This document shows, piece after piece, positions 1-12,826 of a DNA stretch of 64,000 bases (position 1 is the stretch's first letter; each line of letters begins with the position of its first letter). Origin of the DNA: Scenedesmus sp. PABB004 (lineage: Eukaryota); the NCBI GenBank assembly GCA_014905635.1, contig JABVCE010000002.1:1240001-1304000 (forward strand), written 5' to 3'. Made by a program: the position numbers and the translations under genes. The notes beneath the pieces were generated by a model. The model did not search any database, was not told the DNA's origin, and worked only from the letters and a program-made list of their open reading frames with translations.

Positions 1-328
1 CGCCGCGCGGCGCAGCAGCAGCGGTTGGCGGCGCGCGGGCGCGGCCCGCCGCGGGCGTCGGCGGCGGGCGGGGACCGGGGCCGACTGTCGGCCTTGCCTC
101 CGTGTACCAGCGGGAGCGGCCGGGGAGCTGCTGGCGGTTGGCAAAAGCAGCGGTCACTCGTCGCCAAACCCCGCCAGCCCCGCCGCCGCTGCTCCAGTGC
201 TCGACGACGCCCCCCGTTTCCACGCAGTAGCGAATCAGTGCCCTCTGCTCGCCACGCACGTGCACACGCCGCACACACACTGCGACGCACGACAGCAGGA
301 GCGGCGTGTGCAGCAGCGCCGCACCGCG

Positions 329-3300
329 ATGCTCGCCGCCCTGGCGGCGGGCGGCCTGGCCAGCCCGCCCGGCGTGCTGGCGCCGCTGGCCGCCGTCGCC
401 TGGAGGCAGCTCGGGCCCTGCGTCAGAGCGGCGGCGCAGGTGTGGCCGGCCGGCCGCGCGCTGCTGGCGCCAGCGCGGACGCAGCGCTGGCCGCCGCCGC
501 CGCCGCCGCCGCCGCGCCCACGACCAGCCCACCACTGCCGCCGCTGCCGCTGCGGCCGCCGCCGCCGCCGCCGGCCAGGCGCGGCAGCGCAGCACCAGCA
601 CAAGCGCGCCGCCTGTTGCTGGCAGCCCCGCCAGCAGCTCGCCGCCGCGCGCGCCGCTGGACTTTGATGACTATCGGTCCATCTTTTCCATGCGCTCCAC
701 CGGCGAGCTGCTCCGCATGTACGGCGTGCTCCAGGTGCGCCGCTCGCTCGCCGCCGCGCGCACGCGCCGCCGCACGCGCGCCCGGCAGCGCGCCGGCGCC
801 GCGCGCCAGGCGCAGCGCGCCAGGCGACGCGCGCCCCGCGCCCGGCGTGCTCCAGGTGTGCTCGATCACGCCGCTCGTGCGCAACGCCGACGCGCTCGTG
901 CGCGCGAGCCGGCGCGTCCTCGGCGACGCCGTGACGTTTGGGGTGATGCGGCACACGTTCATGGCGCAGTTCTGCGCGGGCGAGGCCGAGGCGGACCTCT
1001 GGCCCACAATCGCGATGCTGCGCGCTTCCGGCATCGGGGCAATCATCGATTTCGCGGCGGAGGACGACGTCGCCGCGGCGCCGGCGCCGGCGGCGCCGCC
1101 GCCGCCTCCGGGCGGCGCGGCCGCGCCCGGCGCGCCGGGCGCGCCCGCGGGCGGCGTCGCGGTGGGGCGCACGTACAGCTACGAGGGCGAGGCGGTCTGC
1201 GACAAGCACGTGGACATCTTCCTGAAGGCCATCGACACCGTGGCCAAGCTGCCGGGGACGGGCTTCGCTGCTATCAAGGCACGTGCGGTGTCGCTGGCGT
1301 CACGCCGCGGCAGCGCGCTGGTGGGGGCCGGGGCCGGGCCGGCCGCGCGACGCCGCCGCGGCCGCGCGCCGCCGCCGCCCCGCGCAGGTCACGGCGCTGG
1401 GCAATCCGCTGCTGCTCGAGCGCATGTCGGGCGCGCTGCTGGAGATCCGGCGCCTCTTCAGGGAGGCCGACGCCGACGGTGCGACGCGGCTGCGCGCCCG
1501 GCCGGGGCCCGCGCTGCGCCCGCGCTGCGCCCCAACCCGCACCCCCTCCCCCGGCCCGCCCGCCAGGCGACGGCTTTGTTGACCGGCGTGAGTTTGGCGT
1601 GCTGTACGAGCAGCTCTTCCCTGGCGCGCCGCCCGACGTCGTGGACGCCGCGTTTGCGACGCTCGACCTCGAGGCCGCGGGGCGCGTCGACATCGTGAGC
1701 TGGTCGCACCGCATCCGCCTCGCTGACATGCCAGCCATGGTGCAGCGCATCCGCGACGCCGGTGCGCGCACGTTCACCCACACACACCCGGCGCGGCGGG
1801 GAGAGGGAGGGGCTCACACACCCGGGCGCGGCGCGGCCTGACCGCAGCCGGCCGATTGCCCCGCGCGCCGCCGCCCGGCCGCGCGCGCGCGCGCGCCGCA
1901 GGCACGCAAACGCGGCTGTCGGACGAGCTCGTGTCGGTCGCGCTCACCGCGGAGGAGGTTGGCCTCGTTGAGTCGCTGCTCTCGCGCGTGGGCGTGCTCG
2001 CCGAGGTGCGCGCGCGCCGGCCGCGGCGGCGAGGGAGGCGTTGTCACACGGGGCGATCCAATCTTGCGCGGCGGCGGCAGGCGCGCCGCGCACACCCGGC
2101 GCCGCCGCGCACACACCTGCGCCGCCGCACACCCCGCGCAGCGCGCTGCTGGGGTCGGCGTGAAGCTCATGGTCGACGCGGAGCACACCTACTTCCAGCC
2201 CGCGATCGACCACACCACGCACGTGCTCAGCCTCGCGCACAACCGCGGCCGCCCCGTCATCTTCAACACCTACCAGGCCTACCTCACCGACAGCTTCAGC
2301 CGCCTCGCAGAGGCACGCGCGCCGCGCTGCACGCTGCACGCCGCGCCGCGCCGCGCCGCCTCGTGGCCGCCGAACCCGCGGCGCGCCGCGCGCCCGCGGC
2401 GGCGCAGGACATGGAGCGCGCGCGTCGCGAGGGCTACGTGTTTGCCGCCAAGCTTGTCCGCGGCGCGTACCTGCAGCTCGAGCGCGCGCGCGCGGCGCGC
2501 CTGGGCGTGCCGAGCCCCATCTGGCCCGACCTCGAGGCCACGCACGCCAACTACAACCGCTGCCTCGACGCGCTGCTGGACGAGGTGTCGCGCCACGGCG
2601 CGCAGGTGCGCGCGCGCGGGCGGGCGAGCGCGGGAGGCGGCCACCCCCGCCGCCGCGCCGCCTCGGGCGTCCTTCAGCGCGCGCGCGCGCGTGCGCGCCG
2701 CCGCCCGTCGTGAGCGGCTGGCGGGCCCCGCCGCTGTGCGCGGCCGCGGCGCGTCACAGGTCATGGTCGCGAGCCACAACCAGGCGTCCATCGAGCGCAC
2801 CGTGGCGGGCATGGCGGCGCGCGGGCTCGCCCCCGCCGGCTCGGGCGTGTACTTCGGGGTGCGCGCGCCGAGGCCCAGGCGCCGCGGGCGCACGGGGCGG
2901 GGGCTCGGTCGGGCCCAGGCATGCCCGCGCGCCGAGCGAGCGCCCCGCGGCTGCGCCGCCCCTTCACCGTGCCGCCGCGTCGCCGCCGGCCGGGTGCGCA
3001 GCAACTCCTGGGCATGTCTGACAACCTCACCTTCACGCTCGGGCAGGCGGGCTACGAGGCGTTCAAGTACACGCCGTACGGCCCCATCCAGCTGGTCATG
3101 CCCTACCTCATCCGGTGACCCGCGCCGGCTGCGACCCGCGCGCGCCGTGGTTGACACGGCGCGCGCCGCACCGCGCGCTGCCCGCACGCTGACCGCGCGC
3201 TGACCCGCCCCGCCCCCCGACCCGCCCCGCCGCTGGCCGGCAGGCGCGCGCACGAGAACAGCGCGATCATGGGCGCGGGCGTGGCAAAGCAGATGGCGAT

Positions 3301-3382
3301 GCTGCGCCGCGAGCTCGCGCGCCGCCTGCGCAGCGCGGTCGGCCTCGGCGGCGGCGCCGAGCAGGCCGCGCGCGCGGCGTGA
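329..3382 (+). CDS. PRODH: Proline dehydrogenase (mitochondrial), ~11 exons, with EF-hand insert
   Basis: Spliced exons give ProDH motifs HTFMAQFCAGE, IIDFAAE, FAAIK|VTALG, LMVDAEHTYFQPAID, IFNTYQAYL, AAKLVRGAY, VMVASHN, YFG|QLLGMSD, KYTPYGP..MPYLIR|RAHEN. ATG at 329, TGA at 3380-3382, TGTAA at ~3463. Confidence 0.93.
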
Positions 3383-3820
3383 GGCGCGCGGCGGCGGCGC
3401 TGGTCTGACCAGCAGCGGGGGGCTCTGCTGCAGAAGCCGCGCCCTCTGTGCGGACAGCCGCGTGTAAGCAAGTGCTGGGCGGTCGCGACGGTGGCGGGCG
3501 CGGCGAGCGGGTCTGTCTGTTGCCGCGTTTCAACGCCAGCCGCCGCCGTCACGCACACACGCATAAAAGTTTGCGCCCACCGCACGTGGTTCAAATCAAA
3601 GGCCGCGTGCGCCGCCGTCATCTCCACGTGCCCCCGCCGGACGCAGTTCTCGGGGTGACGCGCCGCCCGCGCACCCAACCACTCCAAGAAGTTGGCCCAC
3701 CGGCGCAGTCACGGCGCGCGCACACAGTGACGCTGCCTACACACAACCCATACACGATACACGGCGCGCCGTCGACGCGTCCCTCCGCCCACCGCGCGGC
3801 GCCCGCCCGGCAGCCCGCGC

Positions 3821-5757
3821 TCACAGCTGCAGCGTGTCCGCGATGGTGGCCGCGAGCGCCGCGTCCACGGTGCCGCGCACGGAGGTCATGCGGGGCAGCT
3901 TGCCGCTGCTGCTGGACGACAGCACCGCGAGCTCGCCGCACGACTCTGCCAGCGCGGCGCTGCCCGCCGCCCCGAGCGTGAGGCTGTCGGCGCTGCTCGC
4001 GCTGCCGTCGCAGCCCGGCGGCGGCGCGGCCGCGGCGGCCGCAAAGCCGCCGCCGGCGGGCGCGGCCGCCGCCGCGGCCAGCCCCGCGTCGTCGTCGAAG
4101 CTCGCCGCGAACGCGCCCGAGGCGGCGAGGTCGTCGAGGCTGAAGCTCACGAGGTGCTTGGCGCTGCTGCTCGCCGCGCGCGACGCGCCCGGGGGCTGCG
4201 CCTCCGCCGCGACGAGGCCCAGCAGGTCCTCGCGCAGCTCGCACACGACCGACACGAGCTGCGCCTGGCTGCGCGCGAGGCCGGCGACCTCCGCAAGCAC
4301 GCGCCGCCCCTGCGCCTCGGCCGCGGCCGCCGCGGCGGCCGCGCCGGCGCGGCTCGCCTCGAGCGCGGCCTCCGCCTCGAGCGCCTTGCGCTCCGCGGCC
4401 GCGCGGTCGAGCGCGCCCTGCAGCCCCGCGTTCTCGCTGCGCAGGCTCGCCGCGAGGCGGCCCAGCCGGTCGTTCATCGCCGTCACGCCGGCGAGCTGGT
4501 GGTGCAAGCGCGGGGGCGGGGGCGGTGAGCGTCGCGCGCGCGCGCGGCGCTGCGCTGCGCGGCGCTGCGCGGCGCGCGGGCCCCCGCGCGGCCGCGCCGC
4601 GCGCCGCACCTCCTGGCCGTGCTCCGCCTCCTTCTGCTGCAGCAGCCCGCGCAGCGCGGCGAGCTCGCGCGCGGCCTGCGCGCGCACGCGTGCCAGGTCG
4701 GCCGTCGCCGCCGCCGCCGCCGCGCGCTCGCGGCGCACGGTGCTGAGCCCCCAGCCGCCGACGGCGAGGCCCTCCGCCGCCGCGACGCCCGTGGCCGCCT
4801 TCCAGGCGAGCGAGAACGCGATGCCTGCCTTGAGGAAATACGCGAGCACCGAGTAGGCCGCCACGACCGCGCCGCCCGACAGCGCCGCGACCGTCACGCC
4901 GCCGCACACCCACAGGCGCAGCGGCGCGCGCCGCCGCGCCGGGCGCGCGCCCGCGGCGCCGGGGCCCGCGACGCGCAGCGCGGGCACCCCGCGCGCGGGC
5001 GGCGGCGGCGCGCCGCGCTGCGGCGGCGGCTTGGCGGTGGCGCAGCCGCTGCTGCCGGCGCGCGGGCTGCCCAGCCCGCCGCTGATGCCTGCGGCGCGCG
5101 GGCTGCCCAGGCCGCCGCTGCCGCCGGCGACGGCGCGCGGGCTGCCCAGGCCGCCGCCGCTGCCGCCGGCGGCGCGCGGGCTGCACGGCGGCGTCCCGGG
5201 GCTGCCGGGCGGCTCCAGCTGGCCAGCGCCGGCCACGCGCGCGAGCGGCGGGCCGGGCGCCGGCGCCGCCCGCCGCCGCAGGCCGGGGCCTCCCCAGCAC
5301 TCGCTCCAGTGCAGCAGCGGGTCGCGCTCGCCGCCCGGCCGGCGGCCGCGGCGCCGCCCCCGCCGCTGCCGCGCTGCAGCTCGAGCTCCGGCGTCGACGC
5401 CAGCAGCGGCACGATCTCACCGCCGCCGCAGCTGCTGGCGCTGCTTTGGCGACGCAGTGGACACTCCGGCTCTGCCGGCGCCGGCTCGGCCGGCGGCGGG
5501 GCCGGCGCGGCCGCGCCGCCGAGCCCCGACCGCGCCGCGCCCGCCGCCGCGCCCGCCGCCGCCGGCGGCGGCGACGCGGGCGCGGGCGCGACGCGCGTGG
5601 GCGACGTGGAGCGGCTCCGGCCGCGCCGCTTGTCGCCGCGGCCCGCCGGCTGCTTGGTCGCCTGCCGGCGCACGCCGCCGGCGGCGGCGCCGCACGCGCC
5701 GCTGCCGCCGCCGCCGTACAGCGCACTCTCGGCCGTCACCGCCGACCGGAACCACAT
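3821..5757 (-). CDS. Hypothetical protein: hydrophobic segment followed by coiled coil, Gly/Ser/Pro-rich N-terminus
   Basis: ATG at 5757 (MWFRSAVTAESALY). ORF 3821-5236 has a hydrophobic stretch (VVAAYSVLAYFLKAGIAFSLAW), heptad-like ELAALRGLLQQKEAEH/DRLGRLAASLRSENAGLQGAL and GLGSPR repeats. At least two introns; exact structure uncertain. Confidence 0.5.
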
Positions 5758-6379
5758 GGCGTCGCGGGCCAGGCGGGGCGGCGGCGGCTCCAGCGCGCCG
5801 CAGCGCCGAGCGCCGGGCGCGCGCACGCAGCAGCGAGCGCCGGCGCCGCGGCAGCGACGCGGCGGCCGCGGCGGCGCTGCGCTGCGGGCGGCGCCCTTTC
5901 TCAGACGCGCCGGGCGCGCTGCGGGCTGCCCCTGGGCGGGCCGGGCGCCGCAGCCGCGGTGGCAAGCGCCCGGGAAGCCCGAAGGCTCACCCGTGAGCCT
6001 GCCCCACCCTGCCTCGCCCGCCCCTGGACAAATGCGGAGGAGCAGAGGCGAGCACGGCTGGGACGTGACGGGCGCGGGTCGGCCTGTTCGCGCTCCAGGG
6101 GCTGCGTTCGGTGGTGATGCTGCTGCCGATGGCAGCGTCACGAGCTGCTGCTCATCGCTACCAGCGCTGCTCCTCCCGTCGCTGCGCCCAGTGCAGCTGA
6201 ACTGAGCGTCGAGCGATCGGGTGCGAGAAAAATGAACGCTTCTCTGAGACTCGCTGGCGAGCCCCGGTGACGCCACGCATTCGGTTCGCGCGCGCTCTCG
6301 GCCGCGCCGCACTCCACGGCGGAAGCGCGGCACCCGCTGGCCGCCCGCTGCGAGTGAGAGAGGCGGGGCCACGCCGGCG

Positions 6380-8744
6380 ATGTCGCGCCCCGGCTCGGCG
6401 TGCTCCGGCTCGGACGTGGCCGCATACGTCTCGCGGGCCAACCAGACGGTCAGGTGGCCTGCCGCGGCGAGCTGGCGCGGAGTTTGCGCGTCCCGGCGCC
6501 CCGCGCCCGCCAGCAACGCGCGCCCTCCGCCCCGCCGCGCGGCCGCAGCCTGCTCCAGGCGGAGCTGCACGCGGCGACGCAGTTTGCCATCGAGCTCACG
6601 CAGCGCGTGCAGGCGAAGCGGGCCGAGCGCGACGCGGCGCTGGCAGCGGCCGCGGCGGCGGACCGGTCAGTTTCTCGCCGCCGCCCGTCGCCCGGCCGCC
6701 ACCGGGGGCGCGCTGCCGCCTGACGTGCCGCACCGCCGCGCGCTGCGCGCGCAGGCGGAGCGAGGCGCAGCTCGCGCAGCTGGCCGCCCTCGCGGACTGC
6801 CTGGCCAGCCTCGTGCGCCAGGCGCCGGGGCTGCGCCTGCCGCCGGCTGTGGCGGCCATCGTGGCAGGTGCGTGGGGGGAGCGCGCGGCCAGCAGGGCGG
6901 GCCGCGCGGGGCGGCCCGCCGGCCGGCCGGGGCTGACGGCTGACGGCGCGCTCGCCGCACCGACGCGCGCCCGCAGAGCACGCGAGGCCGGTCGCGGTGC
7001 CGCAGCAGCTGAAGCAGCCACTCCCGCCGCCGCCCGCGGCGACACGGACAGCTGCTGCAGCCGCAGCCGCAGCCGCAGCCGCAGCCGCAGCCGCAGCCGA
7101 GGAGGACCGCAGGCGGGTGCCGCCGCGGCCGAGCCTGCTGCTGCAGCATTTGGCGGCCTCCGGCGGCGCGCGGCCTGCCGTGAGCGGCGGCGGCCTGGCT
7201 GCGGGCGGCGCTCTGGCCGTCGCCGCCGCTGGCGCCGTGGGCGTGCAGGAGCAGGCGGGCGCAGCCGCTGCGAGCAGTGCCGCCGGCGACGCCGGGGGGC
7301 TGCGGCGGGCGCGGCGGGCGCCGCGGCGCGTGGCAGGGCCCGCGCGCGGGGCGCGCGCGGCGCGGCGGCGCGGCGCCGGCTGGTGGCAGGCTCGGTCGCG
7401 CCGGGCGGGCAGGCTGCGAGTGGCGCCGGCCCGGCCAGCAGCGAGCCGGCCAGCGAGCGGACAGGCGGCAGCCCCAGCAGCTGGGACTGCAGCCCGCCGC
7501 AGCCGCACCAGCGCGCGCGCCTCGCGGCCAGGCGCCGCGCGGCGGGTGCCACCGGGGGCGCAGCGGGTGCCGCGGGCGCGGGCGCGGCCAGCAGCCAGTG
7601 CAGCAGCCTGCGGCGCTCTGGCAGCTTTGAGTCGGCGGTGTCCCTGGCCGAGAGCCGGTCCAGCTTCGCGAGCGCCTGCAGCCGCAGCACGCGCGCGAGC
7701 CTGAGCTCGCTGGCCGGCGTGGCCGTGGCGTCGGCCGGCGGTGCGGGCGCCGACGGCGATGCCGACACCGACAGCGACACCGACAGCGACAGCGACGCCT
7801 CGGGCGGTGCGCTGAGCGCGGCGCTGCTGGCGGCAGCGGCCGGCGGCGGCGACAGCAGCGGCGACAGCGGCGGCGGGGCCGCAGCGCCCGTGCTGCTGCT
7901 GGCCCGCGCGCCCAGCCGCGTGTCCGAGCTCGTGGACGGCGCGCTGCACGGCCTGCAGGCGGCTGTCGCGACCGCGAGCAGCGTACGCGCGGCCGCAGCC
8001 GTGGCGGTGCGGCGCGCGACCGCGGCCGGCGCGCCGAGCACGGGCGGCGCCGCATCGGCGCGCTGCGCAGCGTGCGGAGCGTGCAGCGCGCGGAGCGACC
8101 GGGGCGGCGCCGCGGGCGCCGGCGGCGAGGGCGAGGGCGCCGCGACCACCTTGGACGCCGTCCACGCGGCGCGGCCGGGGCTGCTCACGAGCACGCTGAC
8201 GGCGGTGAGCGCGGCGCTGTCGCCCGCGCGCACGCTGAGTCGGCGCAACACCGCGGCCAGCGACGTGGTGGCCGCAGCCGCCCTGGCGGCGGTCGCCAGC
8301 AGCGCCGAGGAGCCGGCAGGCGCCGCGGCAGCGCCGGCCGGCCACGCCGTGCCGCCCGCGGGCGCCTCGGCAGCGCCGGTGGCAGTGGGGCCGTCGGCCG
8401 CCAGCGCGGCGGCGCGCGGCGACCCCGCGGCCAACCTGCCCAGCGACCTCGACACCAGCAGCGGCGGTGGCGGCGGCAGCAGCAGCAGCAGCAGTGGCGG
8501 CAGCAGCAGCCAAGAGTCGACGAGCTCGGACGGCAGCAGCAGCGAGGCCAGCTGCAGTTCCGACGGCAGCGGGGCGAGCAGCGCGGGCGCCCGCGGCGCC
8601 GGCAACCCGTTCGCTCTCCTGGGCGGCGGCGGCGACGACGACAACAGCAGCAGCGACGACGGCGGCAGCAGCAGCGACGACGGCGACGGCAGCTCGAGCG
8701 TCGCGGCGAGCAGCAGCGACGATGAGGAGGCGGGGTCTGATTGA
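6380..8744 (+). CDS. Hypothetical protein: short N-terminal helical region, long Ser/Ala/Gly/Asp low-complexity tail
   Basis: ATG at 6380 (MSRPGSACSGSDVAAYVSRANQT), exons AELHAATQFAIELTQRVQAKRAERDAAL and SEAQLAQLAALADCLASLVRQ, then a long low-complexity frame ending TGA at 8742-8744. Confidence 0.4.
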
Positions 8745-8976
8745 CGCCGACCAGCGGGTCGAAGGTTTTTGGCCGCCCGCGCGAGCATCGCGCTTTTGCG
8801 TGTTCGCTTTGTCGTGACTCCTGAACTGTGATCCCCCCAGCGCTGTGTGCACGCCACTGCGCGCGCCGACATCGCCCGCCACTGCCCGCGCCGCCGCCGC
8901 CGCCCGTCGCGCCGCCGCCGCTGTTGGCTCCTCCTGCGCCCGGTGGCTGCGCGCCAGCGACTCGATCGGGGGCCAC

Positions 8977-10370
8977 ATGCTCCAGCCGCGGCGCCAGGCG
9001 CAGCCGCCGGCGGCCGGCAGCAGCAGACCGCGGCCGGGCGCGGAGCTCCGCGCCGCGGCCCGCCCGCGCCCGCCCGCGGCGAGGCGGCGGAGAGGCGAGC
9101 CGCATGCCTCTGCAGCAGCTGGAGCGGGCGCAGCGCCAGGTGCGCGGGGCGGGCCGCGCACTGCTGCCGGGCGCCGCTGCTGCCGCCGCCTACGCCGGGG
9201 CGTGCGCGCGCCGCAGGCGCCGCGGCGCCGCGGAAAGAGGCCGAAAAGCTTCCCATGCAGCAGCGCGTGCTCAACAGCCTGCTCAACGTCTCCAACGTCC
9301 CCTACAGGCGCGCCGGCACGGGCGGCCCGCCAGCGGCCGCTGGCCGCCGCCGCCGCGCGGCAAGGCGCACGCCCACGCGCCCGCCCGCCGCCCGCGCAGC
9401 TCGTTCGTGCCGCACCCCGTGACGCCGCTGCACAAGGTGGACGCGCAGGTCAAACAGGTGCGCGGCGGGGCCTGGGGCGCGCGGGCGCCGGGCGCGCCCC
9501 GGCCCGCGTTGGCTGACGCCGCCGCGCCGCCGCCGCCGCCGCCGTGCCGCCGCGCGTGCGCCACAGCTGTGGCTGCTGATGCTGTACATCGTCATCGCGC
9601 GCGCGACGCCGCTGCTGCGCCTCGGCGTCGCGGGCGGGATCGCAGCGCTGACGGTCGCGTGCCTGCCGCGCCGGCTGTGGGCGAGCCAGCTCAAGCGCCT
9701 GGCGTTCATCTGCGGCCTCATCTTTGTGTTCACCGCGATCGGCTCCGACGGCGTGCCACCGCTGCTGCAGCCGCGCGCCGCGCCGGGCGCGGTCGAGGGG
9801 CTCGCCGTCGCGCTGTCGCCGGAGTCGCCCTACTCGTACGTGCTGCTCAACCTGGGCGGCCTCGTCACCATCACGCGGCGCAGCGTCAACCTCGCGATCA
9901 CTGCGGCGGCGCTCACGTTCTGCGCGCTGCAGAGCGCGAGCCTCTGCCTCGTGACGACGCCGGGCGAGGAGATGGCGCTCGGCCTGGGGCGCTGGCTCGC
10001 GCCGCTGCGCCCGCTCGGCGTGCCGACGCAGCGCATCGCGCTCACGCTGCTGCTGTCGCTGCGCTTCATGTCGCTGGTCTTCGAGGAGGTGCGCAACCTC
10101 TGCCTCGGCCTCGCCGCGCGCGGCGTCGACTGGCGCGCGCAGGGCGGGCGCGGCAGCCTCGAGGTGCTCGGCCGGCTCGTGGTGCGGCTCTTTGGCAACC
10201 TCTTCAACCGCAGCGAGAAGATCGCGCAGGCCATGGTCGTGCGCGGCTTCCTGGGCCCGCAGCAGCACCACCTCTACCTCATGCGCTCCAACGACACCAG
10301 CGCCGCCGCCAACGCCGCCGCGCTCGCGCTGCTGGCCGCGCTGTGCGCGGCGGTCGCGTACGTCAAGTGA
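8977..10370 (+). CDS. ECF-transporter T component / CbiQ family (ABCI12-like, probably plastid)
   Basis: Exons SFVPHPVTPLHKVDAQVKQ|LWLLMLYIVIARA, SASLCLVTTPGEEMA, TLLLSLRFMSLVFEEVRNL, LAARG, SEKIAQAMVVRGF contain the two X-R-G motifs of EcfT. Transit-peptide-like start at ATG 8977; TGTAA at ~10389. Confidence 0.88.
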
Positions 10371-10696
10371 GGCGCGGCGCGGCGCGGCTGTAAGACGTGC
10401 GCCTGGCCGCGAAGCGAGTCGTTGCACGCGAAACCTAGGTCCGAGGCCTCTCGGACCCGCGTCCGGACGCGAGCGGATGCACCCGCCCCCGCGCTCCCTC
10501 CTGCGCCGCCGGCTCGGGGCCCGCGGGCCCCGGCCGGCACCGATGCGTCTTGCTGCTGCACTGCACGCGCGATCCCTGCCGCCACATCAACAGCATGCTA
10601 CTCCCCTGTGCACACGCGGGCGCCGCGCCACAGAGCGCGCGCTGCCCTCACCGCCCGCCGCCCGATCAACCCCCTGTGCAGGCTGCTGTGCAAGTC

Positions 10697-12471
10697 CTAG
10701 ATCTGTGCGGCCGCCTCCAGCATGAGCCGCGCCGCCTCGAGCGTGCCGCACAGGTCGCGCGGCTGCGGCGAGTCGCAGCCGCCACCCCCGCACGGCACCA
10801 CGGGCCCCGGCGCCAGCCGCGGTGGCGTCTTGGCGCGCTCGCCCAGCTGGCCCTGCAGCGCCGGCAGTGGCGGTGGCTGCTGGTCGTAGGTGCCGAGTGA
10901 TGCCGCGTGGCTGCTGGGCGTCCGCGTGTCGGGGGTGTCGTCGCTGCCGCGCGGCTGCGGGGCGGCGGCGGCGCCGCTGCCGCCGCCCGGGCACAGCGCG
11001 GCCAGGCCAGCGCGGCTGAGCGGCGCCGCCGCGGGCGGCCGCACGGCCGCCTGCGCCGCGCAGCCGCCGGCCGGTGCGGTGCCCGCGCCGCTGCCCCACA
11101 CGGGGCTGCAGGCACGGCCGGCAGCCGCGCGGCTGCCGGCCGCATCCTCGCGCAGCGCGGCAGCGGCCGGGGCGCCCGGCCCTTGGGGCTGGGCGCGCCG
11201 CCGCCGCCGCCGGCGCTGCCCGCCTCGCGTGCGCCGCCGGCAAGCAGCCCAAACGGCGACTTCTGCTGGCCGCCGCCAGTCCGCGCCGCCGCGCCGCTGT
11301 CGAGCTGGTCGGGCGCCGCCCCGTCTGGCGTGGCCGCCCCCCACGGCGCGGCGGCCGCGGTCGCCGCCGCCTGCAGGCCCTGCGCGTAGGCCACGAGCTC
11401 CATGTGCTGCCGCAGCAGGTCAGCGTGCTGCTGCCGCAGCGCCACGCACTCCTCCTGCGAGGCGCGGGCCGCGCCGCGCGGGGGCGCGCGTCGTGAGGTG
11501 CGACCGCGGAGGGGGACGGCCACCGCGGCGCGCAGTGGCGGTCCGCCACGCGCCGCCAGCGCTTGCACACCCGAGCTGCCGCCGCCTCGAGCGCGGCCAT
11601 CTGCGCCGCGTCCTGGCCGGCCGCCAGCGCGCGGCCGAGCTCCTGCTGCTCCCTGCTGAGCCGGTCGCGCTGGCGCCGCAGCCGGGCGACGTGCGCGAGC
11701 AGCTCCTCCACGCCTGGCGCGCCGGGCGCGGCCGGCGCTGCTGCCTGCGCCGCCTTGAGCTGCGGGCGGCACCGGCGGCGGCCGGCCGCGCGCGTGAGCG
11801 CGTGAGCGCGCCGCGCGCGCCCGGCGCGCGCGTGCCCGCACCGCGCGCCTCGCGCCGCGGCCGCGCACCTGGCTGCGCAGCTGCGCCAGCTCGCCGTCCT
11901 GCGTGACCACGCGGTCAATGAGGTCCGACACGGTCTCCTGCCAGTCCCGGCTGATGTCCCGGCTCACGCGCACGCCGCGCGCGGCCATCATCTCGCAGTC
12001 GCGCCGCGCCGCGAGCAGCGCCTCCCACAGGCCCGCGACCTCGCGGCCCTCGCACTCCGGCAGGCGCTGCAGCAGCGCGTGGACGCCCTCAAGCTCCTGC
12101 GCGGGACCGCGGTCGTGGTCGGCGGCCGCGGCCGCGGCGGCCGCGGCCGCGGCGGCCGAGGGCGCCCGGCAGGCCGCCGGCCGCTCCGCCGCGGCGCCGC
12201 CGCCGCACCTTGCGCCCCACTGGGCGGTAGATGTAGCAGCGGCTGTCGGTCAGCGGCGCGTGGGGGTGCAGCTGGAACGTGGCGCGCTCAAAGCACAGCT
12301 CCGCGTCCCGCTCCGCGACCTCGGGCGGCGGCGCCGCCGCCTCGTCGGCGCCCAGGTTGCGCACGGCCGCGCTGCTGCCGACCTTGACGCGCGCGAGGTT
12401 GAGCGGCGGCAGCCGCGCGCCGCCGAGCTGCCCGGCGCCCGGCGAGTGCCCCGGGGGCTGCTGCAGTGCGC

Positions 12472-12506
<35 letters not shown>

Positions 12507-12826
12507 TCGCACGGCTGCAGGGCTGGCTGCTGCTGCTCTGGCTGCGGCGCTGGGCCCGGCCAGCTGCTGATGGTCGTCGTCGCCTGCTGGTGCTGCTGCT
12601 CTGCGACCGCGGTGCCCCCGGCCAGCTGCGCTGCAGCCCTGCCCGAGCCACTGCTGCCCGCGGGGGGCGTGCCGGCGTCGGCCTCCAGCAGTGCGAGCAC
12701 CCTGCGCGTTCGTGCGCGGCGCTGGTCAGCGGCCAGCGACGCGGCAGCGGCGCTGGGGCGGCGGCGGGGGCGGGAGGCCGCCGTGCCAGCTGCCGCGCTC
12801 ACCCTGGGTGCTCCGTGCTGCCCCAT
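10697..12826 (-). CDS. Hypothetical coiled-coil protein
   Basis: Exons ERATFQLHPHAPLTDSRCYIYRPVGRK, DWQETVSDLIDRVVTQDGELAQLRSQ, EELLAHVARLRRQRDRLSREQQEL, EECVALRQQHADLLRQHMELVAYAQGL, ...MLEAAAQI with TAG at 10697. Start codon uncertain. Confidence 0.5.
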
